The notes under the pieces were generated by a model. That model searched no databases. It saw only the letters and a list, made by a program, of their open reading frames with translations, and was not told where the DNA came from. Below, piece by piece: positions 20,703 to 32,494 of a stretch of DNA of 64,000 bases. Position 1 is the first letter of the stretch. The number at the start of each line of letters is the position of its first letter. The DNA lies in contig CALCJK010000018.1 in NCBI GenBank assembly GCA_937967455.1, forward strand, positions 70,293 through 134,292. The letters run 5' to 3'. The DNA comes from an uncultured bacterium. GTDB lineage: Bacteria; Bacteroidota; Ignavibacteria; UBA10030; BY39. Made by a program: the position numbers and the translations under genes.

Positions 20703-21263
20703 ATGAAACCTCCGAGTATAAATCACATAAAAAAAGAAAATAGTAAGTTAAAAAACTCTGACTTGATAATTAATATATCTAAACTTTCGGAGGGAATACA
20801 CAATTATCATCTAAACACTAAATCAATAAATTTAGAATTAGATGAAAGATTTAATGATAATGTAGATCTTAATGTAGTTTTAGATAAAACAGCTTCACAG
20901 ATATTACTTAAAACAGAAATTGATACAAATGGAAATTTTGAATGTGATAGATGCTTAACAACTTTTTCACAGCATATTCATACTTCATACACCCTAATGT
21001 ATCTATATCAGACACAGGAATTTGATATCGAGAATGAAATACAAATTATCAATAAAGATACAGTTTATATAGATTTAGCCGAAGATGTAAGACAATACAT
21101 ATTATTAGCAATACCGATAAAGCTACTTTGCAAAGAAGATTGCAAAGGTTTATGTCCAATCTGTGGAAAAAATTTAAATGAAGGCAGATGTGATTGTATT
21201 ATAGATGCTATAGATCCAAGATGGGAAGCTTTATCTAAACTAATTAGAAACAAGAACAAATAA
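20703..21263 (+). CDS. yceD: YceD/DUF177 family protein (large-subunit rRNA accumulation protein)
   Basis: Conserved position upstream of rpmF-plsX. C-terminal Cys cluster CKEDCKGLCPICGKNLNEGRCDC. Start chosen at MKPPS inside the track ORF. Confidence 0.7.
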   Translation: MKPPSINHIKKENSKLKNSDLIINISKLSEGIHNYHLNTKSINLELDERFNDNVDLNVVLDKTASQILLKTEIDTNGNFECDRCLTTFSQHIHTSYTLMYLYQTQEFDIENEIQIINKDTVYIDLAEDVRQYILLAIPIKLLCKEDCKGLCPICGKNLNEGRCDCIIDAIDPRWEALSKLIRNKNK

Positions 21264-21277
21264 TAATGGAGAAATAA

Positions 21278-21463
21278 ATGCCAAATCCAAAGAGAAGACA
21301 TTCAAACTCAAGAACAAGGAAAAGAAGAACACACTACAAAGCTTCACTACCAGAACTGGGTGAGTGTCCTAATTGCAAGGAACCAAAATTACTGCATCGT
21401 GCTTGCCCACATTGTGGATATTATAATGGTCGAACAGTACTTATTCCAAAAGAAACAAAATAG
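21278..21463 (+). CDS. rpmF: 50S ribosomal protein L32
   Basis: MPNPKRRHSNSRTRKRRTHYK...CPNCKEPKLLHRACPHCGYYNGR. Confidence 0.9.
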   Translation: MPNPKRRHSNSRTRKRRTHYKASLPELGECPNCKEPKLLHRACPHCGYYNGRTVLIPKETK

Positions 21464-21506
21464 AAATCTTAGTATAATCATTTATTAAGGATTTGTTTTC
21501 AATAAC

Positions 21507-22526
21507 TTGTTCACTAACAGCGGAAAAATAAAAATAGTAGTCGATGCAATGGGAGGTGATTTCGCACCTGCCAACATCATTTCTGGTGGAATTAATGCAT
21601 TAAAAGAAAGCAATAACAGGTTCCAGATTATTTTCGTTGGTAAAGAGGAAAGTATCTTAGAAATAATCAACAAATTACCGCACGAAAATCTTGATTACCA
21701 GATTGTTAATGCTTCTGAGGTAATTGAGATGCAGGATTCACCAACCGCTGCGTTAAAACAAAAAAAAGATTCCTCTATTACAGTCGGTTTGCAATTAGTT
21801 AAAGATAAAAAAGCAGACGCCTTTATCAGCGCTGGCAACACAGGCGCAGTTATGTCGGCATCAACAATTATTTTAGGTAGAATTGAAGGAGTAAGCCGAC
21901 CAACGATTGGAACTTTCTTCCCAACAGAAAAAGGCAAATGTTTATTACTTGATGCGGGAGCAAATGTAGATAGTAAACCACAACATTTACTCGAATTTGC
22001 AATGATGGGCTCCATTTTTACAAGTTATATTCTTGGTTATCAAAACCCAACAGTTGGTTTGCTAAACATAGGTGAAGAAAGTTCAAAGGGAAATGAGATA
22101 GCTCTCGAAACTTACAAACTTCTAAAAGAAAGCTCACTTAACTTCATCGGTAATATAGAGGGTAGAGATATATTAAAAGGAAAAGCAAATATTGTAGTTT
22201 GTGATGGATTCGTTGGGAATATTTTGTTGAAATTCGCAGAAAGTATATTATCTTTGATGAAGTTTAAATTTAAGAACTATGCTTCACAAAGTTTCTTTAA
22301 GAAACTCTGGGTTGGACTAATATATGGCACATTAAAATCCGTATTAAAAGATATAGACTATCAAGAACATGGTGGTGTTCCACTATTAGGTGTTAATGGT
22401 GTTACAATTATTGGCCATGGTGGATCGACACCTAAAGCAATAAAAAACATGATCTTTCGTGCTGAAGAGATGGTCCAAAAAGATATAAATTCACATATAC
22501 AATCAAAAATGAAAAATCTGAAATAA
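21507..22526 (+). CDS. plsX: phosphate acyltransferase PlsX
   Basis: [13 protein letters not shown]...FISAGNTGA...[11 protein letters not shown]. Confidence 0.9.
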   Translation: MFTNSGKIKIVVDAMGGDFAPANIISGGINALKESNNRFQIIFVGKEESILEIINKLPHENLDYQIVNASEVIEMQDSPTAALKQKKDSSITVGLQLVKDKKADAFISAGNTGAVMSASTIILGRIEGVSRPTIGTFFPTEKGKCLLLDAGANVDSKPQHLLEFAMMGSIFTSYILGYQNPTVGLLNIGEESSKGNEIALETYKLLKESSLNFIGNIEGRDILKGKANIVVCDGFVGNILLKFAESILSLMKFKFKNYASQSFFKKLWVGLIYGTLKSVLKDIDYQEHGGVPLLGVNGVTIIGHGGSTPKAIKNMIFRAEEMVQKDINSHIQSKMKNLK

Positions 22527-22528
22527 AT

Positions 22529-23530
22529 ATGAACAATATCAAAAAAAAGAGAGCCGCTATAACTGCGGTTGCACATTATGTACCTGATAAGGTTTTAAGC
22601 AATTTCGATCTCGAAAAGATGGTCGATACCACAGATGAATGGATTGTGACACGAACAGGAATAAGAGAAAGGAGAATATTAGAAAAAGGTGCATCTTCAG
22701 ATATGGCTGCTGAAGCAATAAAAAATCTTCTAAAAATTAGAAATATCTCTCCTGAAGAGATTGAAATCATTATTGTGGCTACTGTAACACCAGATATGTT
22801 ATTTCCTCCAACAGCTACAATTGTTCAAAGAAAAATTGGTGCAAAGAATGCCTGGGGATTTGATATGGAAGCTGCCTGCTCTGGTTTTCTCTACGCACTC
22901 ATAACTGGTGCACAATTCATTGAGACTGGAAACTATAAAAAAGTTCTGATAGTTGGTAGCGATAAAATGAGCTCAATAACAGATTACACAGACAGAAATA
23001 ATTGCATTTTATTTGGAGATGCAGCAGGTGCAGTATTATTAGAACCTTCAGAGGATGAAAATGTTGGTATTTTAGATCATATTTTTTATTGCGATGGGAC
23101 AGGCGAAGAATTTCTACATATGAAAGCAGGAGGGAGTTTAAATCCACCAACACATGAAACCGTAGATAAAAAATGGCATTACATATATCAAGACGGAAAA
23201 ACCGTATTTAAAGTTGCCGTAGTTGGAATGGCAGATGTATCAGAAGAAATTTTAAAAAAGAACAAATTAACAGGCAACGACATAGATTATTTTGTACCTC
23301 ATCAAGCTAATCTCAGAATTATCGATGCAGCTGCAAAAAGGTTGGGTATTGATTATTCCAAAGTAATGATTAACATCGACAAATATGGAAACACAACCGC
23401 TGCAACAATTCCACTTTGCTTATCAGAATGGTGGCAGGCAGGAAAACTAAAAAAAGGTAACACACTTGTTTTATCAAGTTTTGGTGCAGGTTATACCTGG
23501 GGTGCAATATTATTAAAATGGGCTTATTAA
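22529..23530 (+). CDS. fabH: 3-oxoacyl-ACP synthase III
   Basis: AACSGF active-site Cys, HQANLRII and GNTTAATIP motifs. Confidence 0.9.
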   Translation: MNNIKKKRAAITAVAHYVPDKVLSNFDLEKMVDTTDEWIVTRTGIRERRILEKGASSDMAAEAIKNLLKIRNISPEEIEIIIVATVTPDMLFPPTATIVQRKIGAKNAWGFDMEAACSGFLYALITGAQFIETGNYKKVLIVGSDKMSSITDYTDRNNCILFGDAAGAVLLEPSEDENVGILDHIFYCDGTGEEFLHMKAGGSLNPPTHETVDKKWHYIYQDGKTVFKVAVVGMADVSEEILKKNKLTGNDIDYFVPHQANLRIIDAAAKRLGIDYSKVMINIDKYGNTTAATIPLCLSEWWQAGKLKKGNTLVLSSFGAGYTWGAILLKWAY

Positions 23531-23531
23531 A

Positions 23532-24446
23532 ATGAACAGCATAGCTGTCATATTCCCCGGTCAGGGCTCACAATATGTTGGAATGGGAAAAGATTTATAT
23601 GATAACATTCCAAAAGCCAGGGAATTGTTTCAGAAAGCTGATGAAATTTTGGGATTTAACCTGAGTAGAATTTGTTTCGAAGGACCGGAAGAAGAATTAA
23701 AACAAACTAAAAACACTCAACCCGCAATTTTTCTTCACAGCTATATACTTACTCAACTCGTACAAAACTTACAAGCAAAATATACAGCAGGCCATTCGCT
23801 AGGTGAATATACAGCATTAGTATTTGCAGGTTCAATAACTTTTGAAGATGGATTAAAACTTGTCCGTTTAAGAGGTGAACTTATGCAAAAGGCTGGTGAA
23901 GAGTCGAAAGGTAGCCTTGCTGCAGTTGTAGGTTTGGAAGCTTCGGTACTAGAGGAAATATGTAAAAAAGCGAGTGAAAAAGGTGTTGTTCAATGTGCAA
24001 ATTTCAATTCCCCAGGGCAAATCGTGATTAGCGGCTCAGTTGCAGGATTACAAACGGCAATGCAAATGGCAAAAGAAGCCGGTGCGAAAATGGTAAAAGA
24101 ATTGCCCGTTAGTGGTGCATTTCATTCACCTCTTATGGCTTCAGCAAAAGATGGCTTGAGCAAAGCAATTGATAATACTCAATTTTCTAACGCAAAAATA
24201 CCAGTATATACAAATGTTACAGGTAAACCGATAAACAGTCCAATTGACATCAAATCTGCACTAAAAGAGCAACTAACAAGTGCTGTGCAGTGGGAAAAAT
24301 CTATAAAAAATATGATTAATGATGGTGCCGAAGAATTTATAGAAATTGGTCCTGGAAAAGTTTTACAAGGCTTAATCAAACGAATTGCCCCAAATACAAA
24401 AACCATTGGTATCGAAAAAATTTTAGACCTAAGTTTATTCAACTAA
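23532..24446 (+). CDS. fabD: malonyl CoA-ACP transacylase
   Basis: FPGQGSQYVGMG...GHSLGEYTALVFAG. Confidence 0.9.
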   Translation: MNSIAVIFPGQGSQYVGMGKDLYDNIPKARELFQKADEILGFNLSRICFEGPEEELKQTKNTQPAIFLHSYILTQLVQNLQAKYTAGHSLGEYTALVFAGSITFEDGLKLVRLRGELMQKAGEESKGSLAAVVGLEASVLEEICKKASEKGVVQCANFNSPGQIVISGSVAGLQTAMQMAKEAGAKMVKELPVSGAFHSPLMASAKDGLSKAIDNTQFSNAKIPVYTNVTGKPINSPIDIKSALKEQLTSAVQWEKSIKNMINDGAEEFIEIGPGKVLQGLIKRIAPNTKTIGIEKILDLSLFN

Positions 24447-25037
24447 ATGAAGCAAGACTTATTACAAATCAAAGGATACAAAATTGATCCTATAATCTTT
24501 GAATTAAGATTTGAGAAATCTTCACCTGATCATTGCCTTGGTTTATGTTGCAAAAGCGGTGTATGGGTTAGTTTGAACGAAAAGAATACAATCCTTGATC
24601 ATAAAGATCTAATTAAGCAATTTATGGATCAAACTCAGACAAAAGACGAAACTATCTGGTTTGAAAACAATATAACAAGCGATGAAGATTTTCCAGAAGG
24701 ATTATGTGATTCCACTAATGTATTTAATGATAAATGCGTTTTTTTAAATAAAGAATTTAAATGTGTATTACAGATTGCTGCAGTTGAAAATGGTTTTGAT
24801 ATATTTAAATTCAAGCCATACTTTTGTATAACTTTTCCTGTGGTTATATCACAGCATACAATTACTTATGATGATTTTTTATTAGACATTGCACCTTGTT
24901 GCAGTGCTAAAAAATCAAATAATCCTAATTTTATAGAATGCTGTAAGATGGAACTCTTGCATATAATAGGAAAAGATGGTTATATTAAGCTAAAAGAAAT
25001 AGAAAAAAGCTATAAAAATGAAAGAATTAGAAAATAA
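24447..25037 (+). CDS. Cys-rich hypothetical protein inserted between fabD and fabG (possibly DUF3109-like)
   Basis: 196 aa with about 14 Cys, including CLGLCCKSG, CDSTNVFNDKCVF, KCVLQ, APCCSAKK and ECCKM. Starts at the fabD stop and overlaps fabG by 20 nt, so co-transcribed with the fab genes. Confidence 0.5.
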   Translation: MKQDLLQIKGYKIDPIIFELRFEKSSPDHCLGLCCKSGVWVSLNEKNTILDHKDLIKQFMDQTQTKDETIWFENNITSDEDFPEGLCDSTNVFNDKCVFLNKEFKCVLQIAAVENGFDIFKFKPYFCITFPVVISQHTITYDDFLLDIAPCCSAKKSNNPNFIECCKMELLHIIGKDGYIKLKEIEKSYKNERIRK

Positions 25038-25764
25038 AGTTGCAATTATAACTGGTGCGGCTCGTGGAATTGGGAAAGCAATAGCTAAAGAACTTGCACA
25101 ATCAGGAGCCAAAATTGCGATTACCGACATTGCATCTGATGCTGATCTTGATGCGGCAAAAGAGGAAATCGGAACCGCTGGAGTTGAAACAATTGCATTC
25201 AGATCAAACGCTGCATCATTTTCTGAAACTCAAACAGTAGTCGATAAAATTTATGAATATTACAAAAGAATTGATATATTGGTAAATAATGCAGGTATTA
25301 CAAAAGATAATCTTCTTTTAAGAATGAGTGAAGAAGATTGGGATCTTGTTATTAATGTTAATTTAAAAAGTGTTTTTAATTATACAAAAGCTGTAATAAA
25401 ATATATGATGAGTCAAAAATCAGGTAAGATAATAAGCATTGCATCAGTTGTTGGACTTATGGGAAATGCAGGACAAGCTAATTATGCAGCTTCAAAGGCT
25501 GGAATTGTTGGTTTTACAAAATCAATAGCTCGGGAAGTAGCATCAAGAAATATTCAGGTAAACGCAGTAGCACCTGGCTATGTCGAAACACCGATGACTG
25601 AGAAATTAACACCTGAACAAAGAAAGGCACTTACTGATATCATTCCAATGAAGAGAACAGCTCATCCTGAAGAAATTGCAAAGGTAGTAAGGTTTTTAGC
25701 TTCACCAGAATCTGATTATATTACTGGTGAAGTTATCAGTATTAACGGTGGTTTATATATGTAA
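25018..25764 (+). CDS. fabG: 3-oxoacyl-ACP reductase
   Basis: SDR family with TGAARGIGKAIA, NNAGI and YAASKAG motifs. Confidence 0.9.
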   Translation: MKELENKVAIITGAARGIGKAIAKELAQSGAKIAITDIASDADLDAAKEEIGTAGVETIAFRSNAASFSETQTVVDKIYEYYKRIDILVNNAGITKDNLLLRMSEEDWDLVINVNLKSVFNYTKAVIKYMMSQKSGKIISIASVVGLMGNAGQANYAASKAGIVGFTKSIAREVASRNIQVNAVAPGYVETPMTEKLTPEQRKALTDIIPMKRTAHPEEIAKVVRFLASPESDYITGEVISINGGLYM

Positions 25765-25815
25765 AAAAGAAAATAGTTAATCATTAATATTCACAAAAAC
25801 AAAGGAGAAACAATA

Positions 25816-26052
25816 ATGAGTGATATTAGCGCAAAAGTAAAAGAAATAATAATGAACAAACTGGGTGTTGAAGAATCGGCTGTAACACCGGAAGCTTCTT
25901 TTACAAACGATTTAGGTGCAGATTCCCTGGATACTGTAGAACTTGTAATGGAATTTGAAAAAGCATTTAATATTCAGATTCCAGACGAAGATGCAGAAAA
26001 AATTAGCACCGTAGGTGATGCAATTAATTACTTAACTCAAAAATTAGGTTAA
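25816..26052 (+). CDS. acpP: acyl carrier protein
   Basis: [17 protein letters not shown] phosphopantetheine-attachment motif. Confidence 0.9.
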   Translation: MSDISAKVKEIIMNKLGVEESAVTPEASFTNDLGADSLDTVELVMEFEKAFNIQIPDEDAEKISTVGDAINYLTQKLG

Positions 26053-26065
26053 AATATTATAGCCA

Positions 26066-27328
26066 ATGGGAATTCAAAATATAAAAAAACGTGTCGTAAT
26101 TACAGGTATTGGAGCAGTAACTCCAATTGGGAATAATGTAGATGATTTCTGGAAAAATTTAATTGCGGGTAAAAGTGGAGTTGGAAACATTACAAGCTTC
26201 GATACCAAGGATTACGATACAAAAATAGCAGCTGAAATAAAAGGCTTTGATCCTACTTTATACATCGATAAAAAATCGGTTAAAAGAATGGACCCTTTCA
26301 CTCATTATGCATTAGCATCAGCTGAGATGGCTTTTCAAGATTCGAATTTAAATCTCGAAAAGGAAAATAAGGATCGCATAGGTGTAATTTTTGGATCAGG
26401 GATTGGAGGTATGTGGACATATTATTATCAAACAAGGGAATTATTTTTCAATGGTCCTCAAAGAGTCAGTCCACTTTTTGTACCTATGATGATATCTGAT
26501 ATTGCAGCTGGATATATCTCAATGCGATATGGGATTAAAGGGCCAAATTATGCTACAACATCAGCATGCGCGACTTCTTCACATGCGATAGCCAGCTCGT
26601 TTTTACATATACAGCGTGGAGATGCTGATGTAATGTTCTGTGGTGGTTCAGAGGCTGCTATATGTCCCATTGGCATAGCTGGCTTTAACTCTATGAAAGC
26701 AATGTCAACTCGTAACGATGAACCAGAAAAAGCAAGTCGCCCATTCGATGCATTACGAGATGGATTTGTAATGGGCGAAGGTGGCGCTGTTTTAATCCTT
26801 GAAGAACTTGAACATGCCCTAAACAGAGGAGCAAAAATATACGCCGAGCTTAATGGGATCGGCCTTACAGCTGACGCATATCATATCACAGCACCGGCTC
26901 CAGGTGGTGAAGGAGCAGTCCGTTCGATAACTCTAGCAATAAAAGATGCCAATTTAAAACCAACAGATGTTGATTACATAAATGCACATGGGACATCAAC
27001 GCCACTTAACGATAAAACAGAAACCGAAGCAATTAAAACAGTATTCGGAGATCATGCTTACAAACTCTTAATTAGTTCAAATAAATCTATGATAGGACAT
27101 TTGTTAGGAGCAGCTGGTGCAGTAGAAGCTGTTGCGACAATCAAAACGATTACAGATGGAATCGTTCCACCAACAATTAATTTAGAAAATCCCGACCCAG
27201 AGTGCGACTTAAACTATGTTCCAAATATTGCAGTCAAAAAAGAAATTAAAGTTGCAATTAGTAACACATTTGGTTTCGGGGGTCATAATGCCTCACTACT
27301 TTTTACAAAATTCAATGAAAAATTTTAA
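26066..27328 (+). CDS. fabF: 3-oxoacyl-ACP synthase II
   Basis: 420 aa with active-site Cys [22 protein letters not shown] and [11 protein letters not shown]. Confidence 0.9.
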   Translation: MGIQNIKKRVVITGIGAVTPIGNNVDDFWKNLIAGKSGVGNITSFDTKDYDTKIAAEIKGFDPTLYIDKKSVKRMDPFTHYALASAEMAFQDSNLNLEKENKDRIGVIFGSGIGGMWTYYYQTRELFFNGPQRVSPLFVPMMISDIAAGYISMRYGIKGPNYATTSACATSSHAIASSFLHIQRGDADVMFCGGSEAAICPIGIAGFNSMKAMSTRNDEPEKASRPFDALRDGFVMGEGGAVLILEELEHALNRGAKIYAELNGIGLTADAYHITAPAPGGEGAVRSITLAIKDANLKPTDVDYINAHGTSTPLNDKTETEAIKTVFGDHAYKLLISSNKSMIGHLLGAAGAVEAVATIKTITDGIVPPTINLENPDPECDLNYVPNIAVKKEIKVAISNTFGFGGHNASLLFTKFNEKF

Positions 27329-27330
27329 GA

Positions 27331-28116
27331 ATGCTTTTCCTGAAAATATGGCAAAAATTCTTTGATCATAAAGAAAAGAAACAAAAACTTGAAATACCCG
27401 AAAATTATAAGAGAATCAACCTGAAAAAATTTGAAAAAATTTCCGGGTATAAAATTAACAATCCAATATTCTTTTATCAAGCCTTCACTCACCGCTCTTA
27501 CTTACAATATATCAATAAAACAGATGTATTATCAAACGAAAGGTTAGAATTTTTAGGAGATTCAATACTTAACTTAATTGTAGCAGAGTATCTCTATTCT
27601 AATTATTCAAATGCTGACGAAGGTGAACTTACCAAAATGCGTTCACGCCTTGTTAATCGTACAGCGCTTGCCACATATGCACGAAATATCAATTTGTGGG
27701 ATTTTTTACTTCTTAGCTCAAGCGCAAGTCAAACAAGTGGACAAGGATTAGATACAATACTTGCTGATGCATTTGAAGCAGTGCTGGGTGCCATGTATTT
27801 AGATAGCGGATTTGAGCAAATTCGAAAATTTATACAAAAGTGCATCACCACAGCAATTAAATCAAACTCTATAAACATTGAAGATACAAATTATAAAAGT
27901 ATATTACTTGAATATGCACAATCTAAAGGTTATGGTCCTCCAAAATACACAACTATTCAGGTAGATGGACCCGACCATGATAGAATTTTTACAGTAGAAG
28001 TAATTGTAAACAATGAATCTTGCGGAATTGGCAAAGGTAGAAATAAAAAGGCAGCAGAACAACAAGCTGCTGCAATCGCCCTAGAAAATTTAAAAGGAAA
28101 ATTTGAAAATGCCTGA
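27331..28116 (+). CDS. rnc: ribonuclease III
   Basis: [20 protein letters not shown] signature followed by a C-terminal dsRBD. The N-terminal ~40 residues are extra, and the true start may be downstream. Confidence 0.8.
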   Translation: MLFLKIWQKFFDHKEKKQKLEIPENYKRINLKKFEKISGYKINNPIFFYQAFTHRSYLQYINKTDVLSNERLEFLGDSILNLIVAEYLYSNYSNADEGELTKMRSRLVNRTALATYARNINLWDFLLLSSSASQTSGQGLDTILADAFEAVLGAMYLDSGFEQIRKFIQKCITTAIKSNSINIEDTNYKSILLEYAQSKGYGPPKYTTIQVDGPDHDRIFTVEVIVNNESCGIGKGRNKKAAEQQAAAIALENLKGKFENA

Positions 28117-29554
28117 AAAATTAATATTTGAAAAAAGTAAATCTGATAGAAAAGGTTATACTCTTCCTAAGTTAGATGTCCCTGAACAACCGCTCGATAA
28201 ATTAATTCATTCAAAATTTCTGCGTAAAACTGAGCCTGCATTACCAGAATTAAGCGAAAATGAAGTAATCCGCCACTATATTCGACTTTCGTTAATGAAT
28301 TATCATATCGACAAAGGATTCTATCCTCTTGGTTCTTGCACAATGAAATACAATCCGAAAGTTAATGAATATGTGGCTTCACTACCAGGATTTGCAAATC
28401 TACATCCCCTAGAACCTGAAGAGTTAGTACAAGGTGCACTAAAATTAATGTACGAACTTGGAACATATTTAAAATCTATAACTGGAATGAAAGGTATTAC
28501 TCTTCAGCCAGCTGCTGGTGCACAGGGAGAACTCACAAGCTTGTTAATGTTTAGAGCATATCATAACTCTTTAGGAAAACCAAGAAATATTATACTTGTC
28601 CCTGATTCTGCTCACGGAACTAATCCAGCCAGTGTAACTATATCTGGATTTAGAGCTGTCAGCATCAAATCTAATTCTGAAGGAACAATAGACCTGGAAG
28701 ATTTAAAAAGAAATTTGAACGAAGATGTTGCTGGCATAATGATAACAAATCCAAATACATTAGGCATTTTCGAAAACAACATATTAGAAATTGAAAAGCT
28801 GGTTCACCAGGTGGGCGCATTAATGTATATGGATGGTGCAAATCTAAATGCATTATTGGGTATCGTTAGACCAGGCGATATGGGATTCGACGCAGTACAC
28901 ATTAACTTACATAAAACATTTTCAACACCTCACGGTGGTGGTGGACCTGGAGCAGGACCAGTTGCAGTAAGTAACCGACTTGAACCATTCCTTCCTGTCC
29001 CACAAATTGTTAAAAACAAAAATTCATATCAACTTATTGATAATTTACCCAAATCGATAGGTAAAGTACATTCGTTTTACGGAAACTTTGGAATTATGCT
29101 AAGGGCATACACTTACATTCGTATGATCGGATCAGATGGATTAAGACAAATCAGCGAAAATGCAATTATTAATGCTAATTACCTTTTAAGTAAATTAAAA
29201 GACCATTTTGAACTTCCTTATAAAAATACACCAATGCATGAGTTCGTACTCTCCGGTGAAAAGCAAAAACAAATGGGTGTGAAAGTATTAGACATAGCCA
29301 AGCGTTTGTTAGATTATGGCTTTCACGCTCCAACAACTTACTTCCCATTAATTGTAAAAGAAGCACTTATGATTGAACCAACAGAAACTGAAACAAAAGA
29401 AACTTTAGATGCTTTCGCTGAAGCTCTAATTAAAATAAATGAAGAAATTCATAATAATCCACAAATTGTACTTACAGCTCCACAAAATACTCCGGTAAAG
29501 CGACTCGATGATGCTCGAGGAACAAAACAACTTAATGTATGTTACAAAGAATAA
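28103..29554 (+). CDS. gcvPB: glycine dehydrogenase (aminomethyl-transferring) subunit 2
   Basis: [27 protein letters not shown]-Lys region. No gcvPA partner is adjacent. Confidence 0.85.
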   Translation: MKMPEKLIFEKSKSDRKGYTLPKLDVPEQPLDKLIHSKFLRKTEPALPELSENEVIRHYIRLSLMNYHIDKGFYPLGSCTMKYNPKVNEYVASLPGFANLHPLEPEELVQGALKLMYELGTYLKSITGMKGITLQPAAGAQGELTSLLMFRAYHNSLGKPRNIILVPDSAHGTNPASVTISGFRAVSIKSNSEGTIDLEDLKRNLNEDVAGIMITNPNTLGIFENNILEIEKLVHQVGALMYMDGANLNALLGIVRPGDMGFDAVHINLHKTFSTPHGGGGPGAGPVAVSNRLEPFLPVPQIVKNKNSYQLIDNLPKSIGKVHSFYGNFGIMLRAYTYIRMIGSDGLRQISENAIINANYLLSKLKDHFELPYKNTPMHEFVLSGEKQKQMGVKVLDIAKRLLDYGFHAPTTYFPLIVKEALMIEPTETETKETLDAFAEALIKINEEIHNNPQIVLTAPQNTPVKRLDDARGTKQLNVCYKE

Positions 29555-29684
29555 AATTAGCCAATACCGATGTAGATTTAACCTTGAAAAATATAAAGAC
29601 AATCGCTGTTGTCTGGAGTTCTCCATCAAATACTAGAGATAGTTACCACATCACAAAATATTTAATCGAAATTGTAATTAACAA

Positions 29685-31010
29685 ATGAAAATTTTTATCA
29701 TATCATTATTGATATGCATGATGATTCCCATTCTTAGCTACTCACAAAAAGGAATTTATCAAAACTCAAATCAAGAAATAATCGGTATTGTTGATAGTAT
29801 ACTAATTTTAGGCAACACTAAAACTAAAGCATTTATAATCCTTCGCGAAATAAAAATCTATCCAGGAGATACCTTAACACAATTAATCATTGATGAAACA
29901 AAAAATCGACTCTACAGTCTACAACTCTTTAACAGCGTTGATATATTTACTTATCCAAAAGAAAAAAATCATTATGATGTAATTATTCAAGTTAACGAAA
30001 GATGGTTTATCTATCCTGTACCAATATTTGGTATAAAAGATCATGATTGGAAAAAATTATACTATGGAATTGCACTTCTCAATACAAATTTCAGAGGAAT
30101 GAACGAGAAAATTTATTTATTTGGGAACCTGGGATATGAACCATCGCTTCAAATATTTTATAGAACTCCAAACCTAACTCTATTTCAAGGTGGATTTTTA
30201 GAATTCACTTTATCGCTTTCAAAAGCTGAAAATCGCAGTATAAATGTTCCAGTTATAACAAAAAACTTCAATATTAAAAATTACAACACGTACATATCCT
30301 TAGGAAAAAGATTAAATCTGCATCAAGATATCTGGATGAATTTTGGATATCAAATATTAGAGGTAGATAAAGAGTTTTCAACAGCTACATTAAATAAATC
30401 CGGCATTGATTATTTTCCAATTTTGGGACTGGGTTATAGATATGACACTCGAGATTTAAACGATTTTACAATGTCAGGAACTTTTTTTAATTATCAATTA
30501 AAAAAATTTGGGTTCTTCCAGAAAAATATAAACTATTCAAAAAACTATTTTGATTTGAGAAAATATATTCCAATAATTAAACAAATTACCTTTGCCTTTA
30601 GAAATTATTTAGTATTATCGCACGGTAAAAAAATTCCCAGCTACAACCTAAACCATTTGGGTTATAGTGAAAAGATAAGAGGTCATTTTTCAAAAATTTT
30701 TGAGGGAGAAAATATTATTAATGCATCAGCTGAATTAAGAATATTGATTATCGAACCAAAATATATTAATATAGATTTTATTCCAATACCAGAGTTTAAT
30801 ACATGGAAATTTGGAATTGCAACAGTATTATTTGCAGATGCAGGTAAAGTCTGGGATAATAAAGACCAATTTAGATGGACTAATTTAATTAAAGGTTATG
30901 GTTTTGGTGTCAACTTTATATTACCTTATCATCTAGTTTTTAGAATCGAATATGGTTTAAACGAAAAAAAACAAAGCGAATTTATATTTGACCTGTATTC
31001 TTCTTTTTAG
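29685..31010 (+). CDS. Omp85-family outer membrane protein (single POTRA + beta-barrel; BamA/TamA-like)
   Basis: Signal peptide, a POTRA-like segment (IILREIKIYPGDTLTQLIIDETKNRLYSLQLFNSVDIF), and a beta-strand-rich remainder ending with an aromatic residue. Confidence 0.55.
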   Translation: MKIFIISLLICMMIPILSYSQKGIYQNSNQEIIGIVDSILILGNTKTKAFIILREIKIYPGDTLTQLIIDETKNRLYSLQLFNSVDIFTYPKEKNHYDVIIQVNERWFIYPVPIFGIKDHDWKKLYYGIALLNTNFRGMNEKIYLFGNLGYEPSLQIFYRTPNLTLFQGGFLEFTLSLSKAENRSINVPVITKNFNIKNYNTYISLGKRLNLHQDIWMNFGYQILEVDKEFSTATLNKSGIDYFPILGLGYRYDTRDLNDFTMSGTFFNYQLKKFGFFQKNINYSKNYFDLRKYIPIIKQITFAFRNYLVLSHGKKIPSYNLNHLGYSEKIRGHFSKIFEGENIINASAELRILIIEPKYINIDFIPIPEFNTWKFGIATVLFADAGKVWDNKDQFRWTNLIKGYGFGVNFILPYHLVFRIEYGLNEKKQSEFIFDLYSSF

Positions 31011-31022
31011 GAAGATATTTTT

Positions 31023-31739
31023 ATGTTAGATTATTTTTACACACAACCAGAATTTATAAAATCAGGCTTAATTATAATAACTGAAGATGAATTTAACCAT
31101 CTCGTACATGTAATGAGGAAAAAGATTGGTGATTCTATAATGATTGTTGATGGTAGAGGTAATGCGTATGAAGCAACAATAGTTGATATCCATAAAAAGC
31201 AAGCGGAAGCAAGAATATTAAAAAAATATCATAATCATAACGAACCAGAAATTAAACTCACATTAGCAATAGGTATTTTAAAAAATCCATCAAAGTATGA
31301 TTTTTTGGTTGAAAAAACTGTTGAAATAGGGGTATACGAAATAATTCCAATTTTCACCGAGCGCACAATACCTAAACATGCTAAAACAGATAGATGGCAA
31401 AAACTTGCGATTGCCGCGATGAAACAATGTGGAAGATCTTTTCTCCCGAATATTTCCGAACCAATGAATATAAAGGACCTGATTGAAAGTTCAGGAGATT
31501 ATTCTGAGAAAATCCTTCTACATAATCTTATCAATCCCCGACATAAAATATATACTTTAAAATCTATTCTTTCACAAAATCTTAAAGATGCATTAATTCT
31601 AATTGGACCGGAAGGTGGCATTACTGATAATGAAGTGGAGCTTGCTGTTAATAATGGATTTAAAATTGTTTCATTAGGCTCACGAAGATTGCGTACTGAA
31701 ACAGCTGCAATTGTTATCAGTACGATTTTGTTAGTATAA
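31023..31739 (+). CDS. rsmE: 16S rRNA (uracil1498-N3)-methyltransferase
   Basis: 238 aa with the LIGPEGG motif of the RsmE/SPOUT family. Confidence 0.8.
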   Translation: MLDYFYTQPEFIKSGLIIITEDEFNHLVHVMRKKIGDSIMIVDGRGNAYEATIVDIHKKQAEARILKKYHNHNEPEIKLTLAIGILKNPSKYDFLVEKTVEIGVYEIIPIFTERTIPKHAKTDRWQKLAIAAMKQCGRSFLPNISEPMNIKDLIESSGDYSEKILLHNLINPRHKIYTLKSILSQNLKDALILIGPEGGITDNEVELAVNNGFKIVSLGSRRLRTETAAIVISTILLV

Positions 31740-31951
31740 ATAAAACTACTTTTTAAAAGCAAGACACTTTGCATTTCTAGAATTATAATTCTTAAAGTAT
31801 CTACAATAGATTGCAATTTCCCTTCTACAATCACCCGATACAGACTTATCAGCAAAACCAGCGTACTTACAATTAAAATCACAATAATTTGGAAAAGTGT
31901 ATTTTTTTTGATTAAATTTCATAAGTTTAATTTAATAAAAGCAAAACAATT

Positions 31952-32494
31952 ATGCACAATTTAATTCCTTTTGAAAAATCAAGCGATATTTTGATAAAAT
32001 ATAAAAATACTCCAATAGAATTGTTATTAGAATATCATAATATTAATAAACCTTTCGAAATTTATAGTGCTGCTCAACTACTTATTGGAATGTGTATGGA
32101 TAATAGAAAAAAACTAAATATACCCGACAATTTTGCTTACATATTAAGAACTGGAGGAGCGAATTTGAGATACAGTGAATTTAAAATTTCTTATGCTGTC
32201 GCAGTTGGAGGTGTAAAATTTATAGCACTCTTAGGTCACAACAATTGTGGTATGGTTAATTTAATGTCTAAAAAAGAAAAATTTATTAAAGGATTAATAG
32301 AGAACGCCGGCTGGGATCAAAAATCAGCAGAGGAACATTTTATAAATTTTGCTCCAATGTTTGAAATAGAAAGTGAGATAAACTTTTTAGTAAGCGAGGC
32401 AAAAAGATTAAGAACTCGTTATCCCAAAATAATCACTGCACCGCTTTTCTACATACTTGAAGAAAACAAAATTTATCAAATTCAAGAAGAGTAA
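31952..32494 (+). CDS. beta-class carbonic anhydrase-like protein
   Basis: CxDxR (CMDNR) and HxxCG (HNNCGMV) zinc-ligand motifs. Confidence 0.55.
   Translation: MHNLIPFEKSSDILIKYKNTPIELLLEYHNINKPFEIYSAAQLLIGMCMDNRKKLNIPDNFAYILRTGGANLRYSEFKISYAVAVGGVKFIALLGHNNCGMVNLMSKKEKFIKGLIENAGWDQKSAEEHFINFAPMFEIESEINFLVSEAKRLRTRYPKIITAPLFYILEENKIYQIQEE

Noticed and set aside
29555-29640. GACAATCGCTGTTGTC hairpin after gcvPB as a terminator
   Set aside because: The stem is only 5 bp and is not followed by a U-run. Not convincing as an intrinsic terminator.
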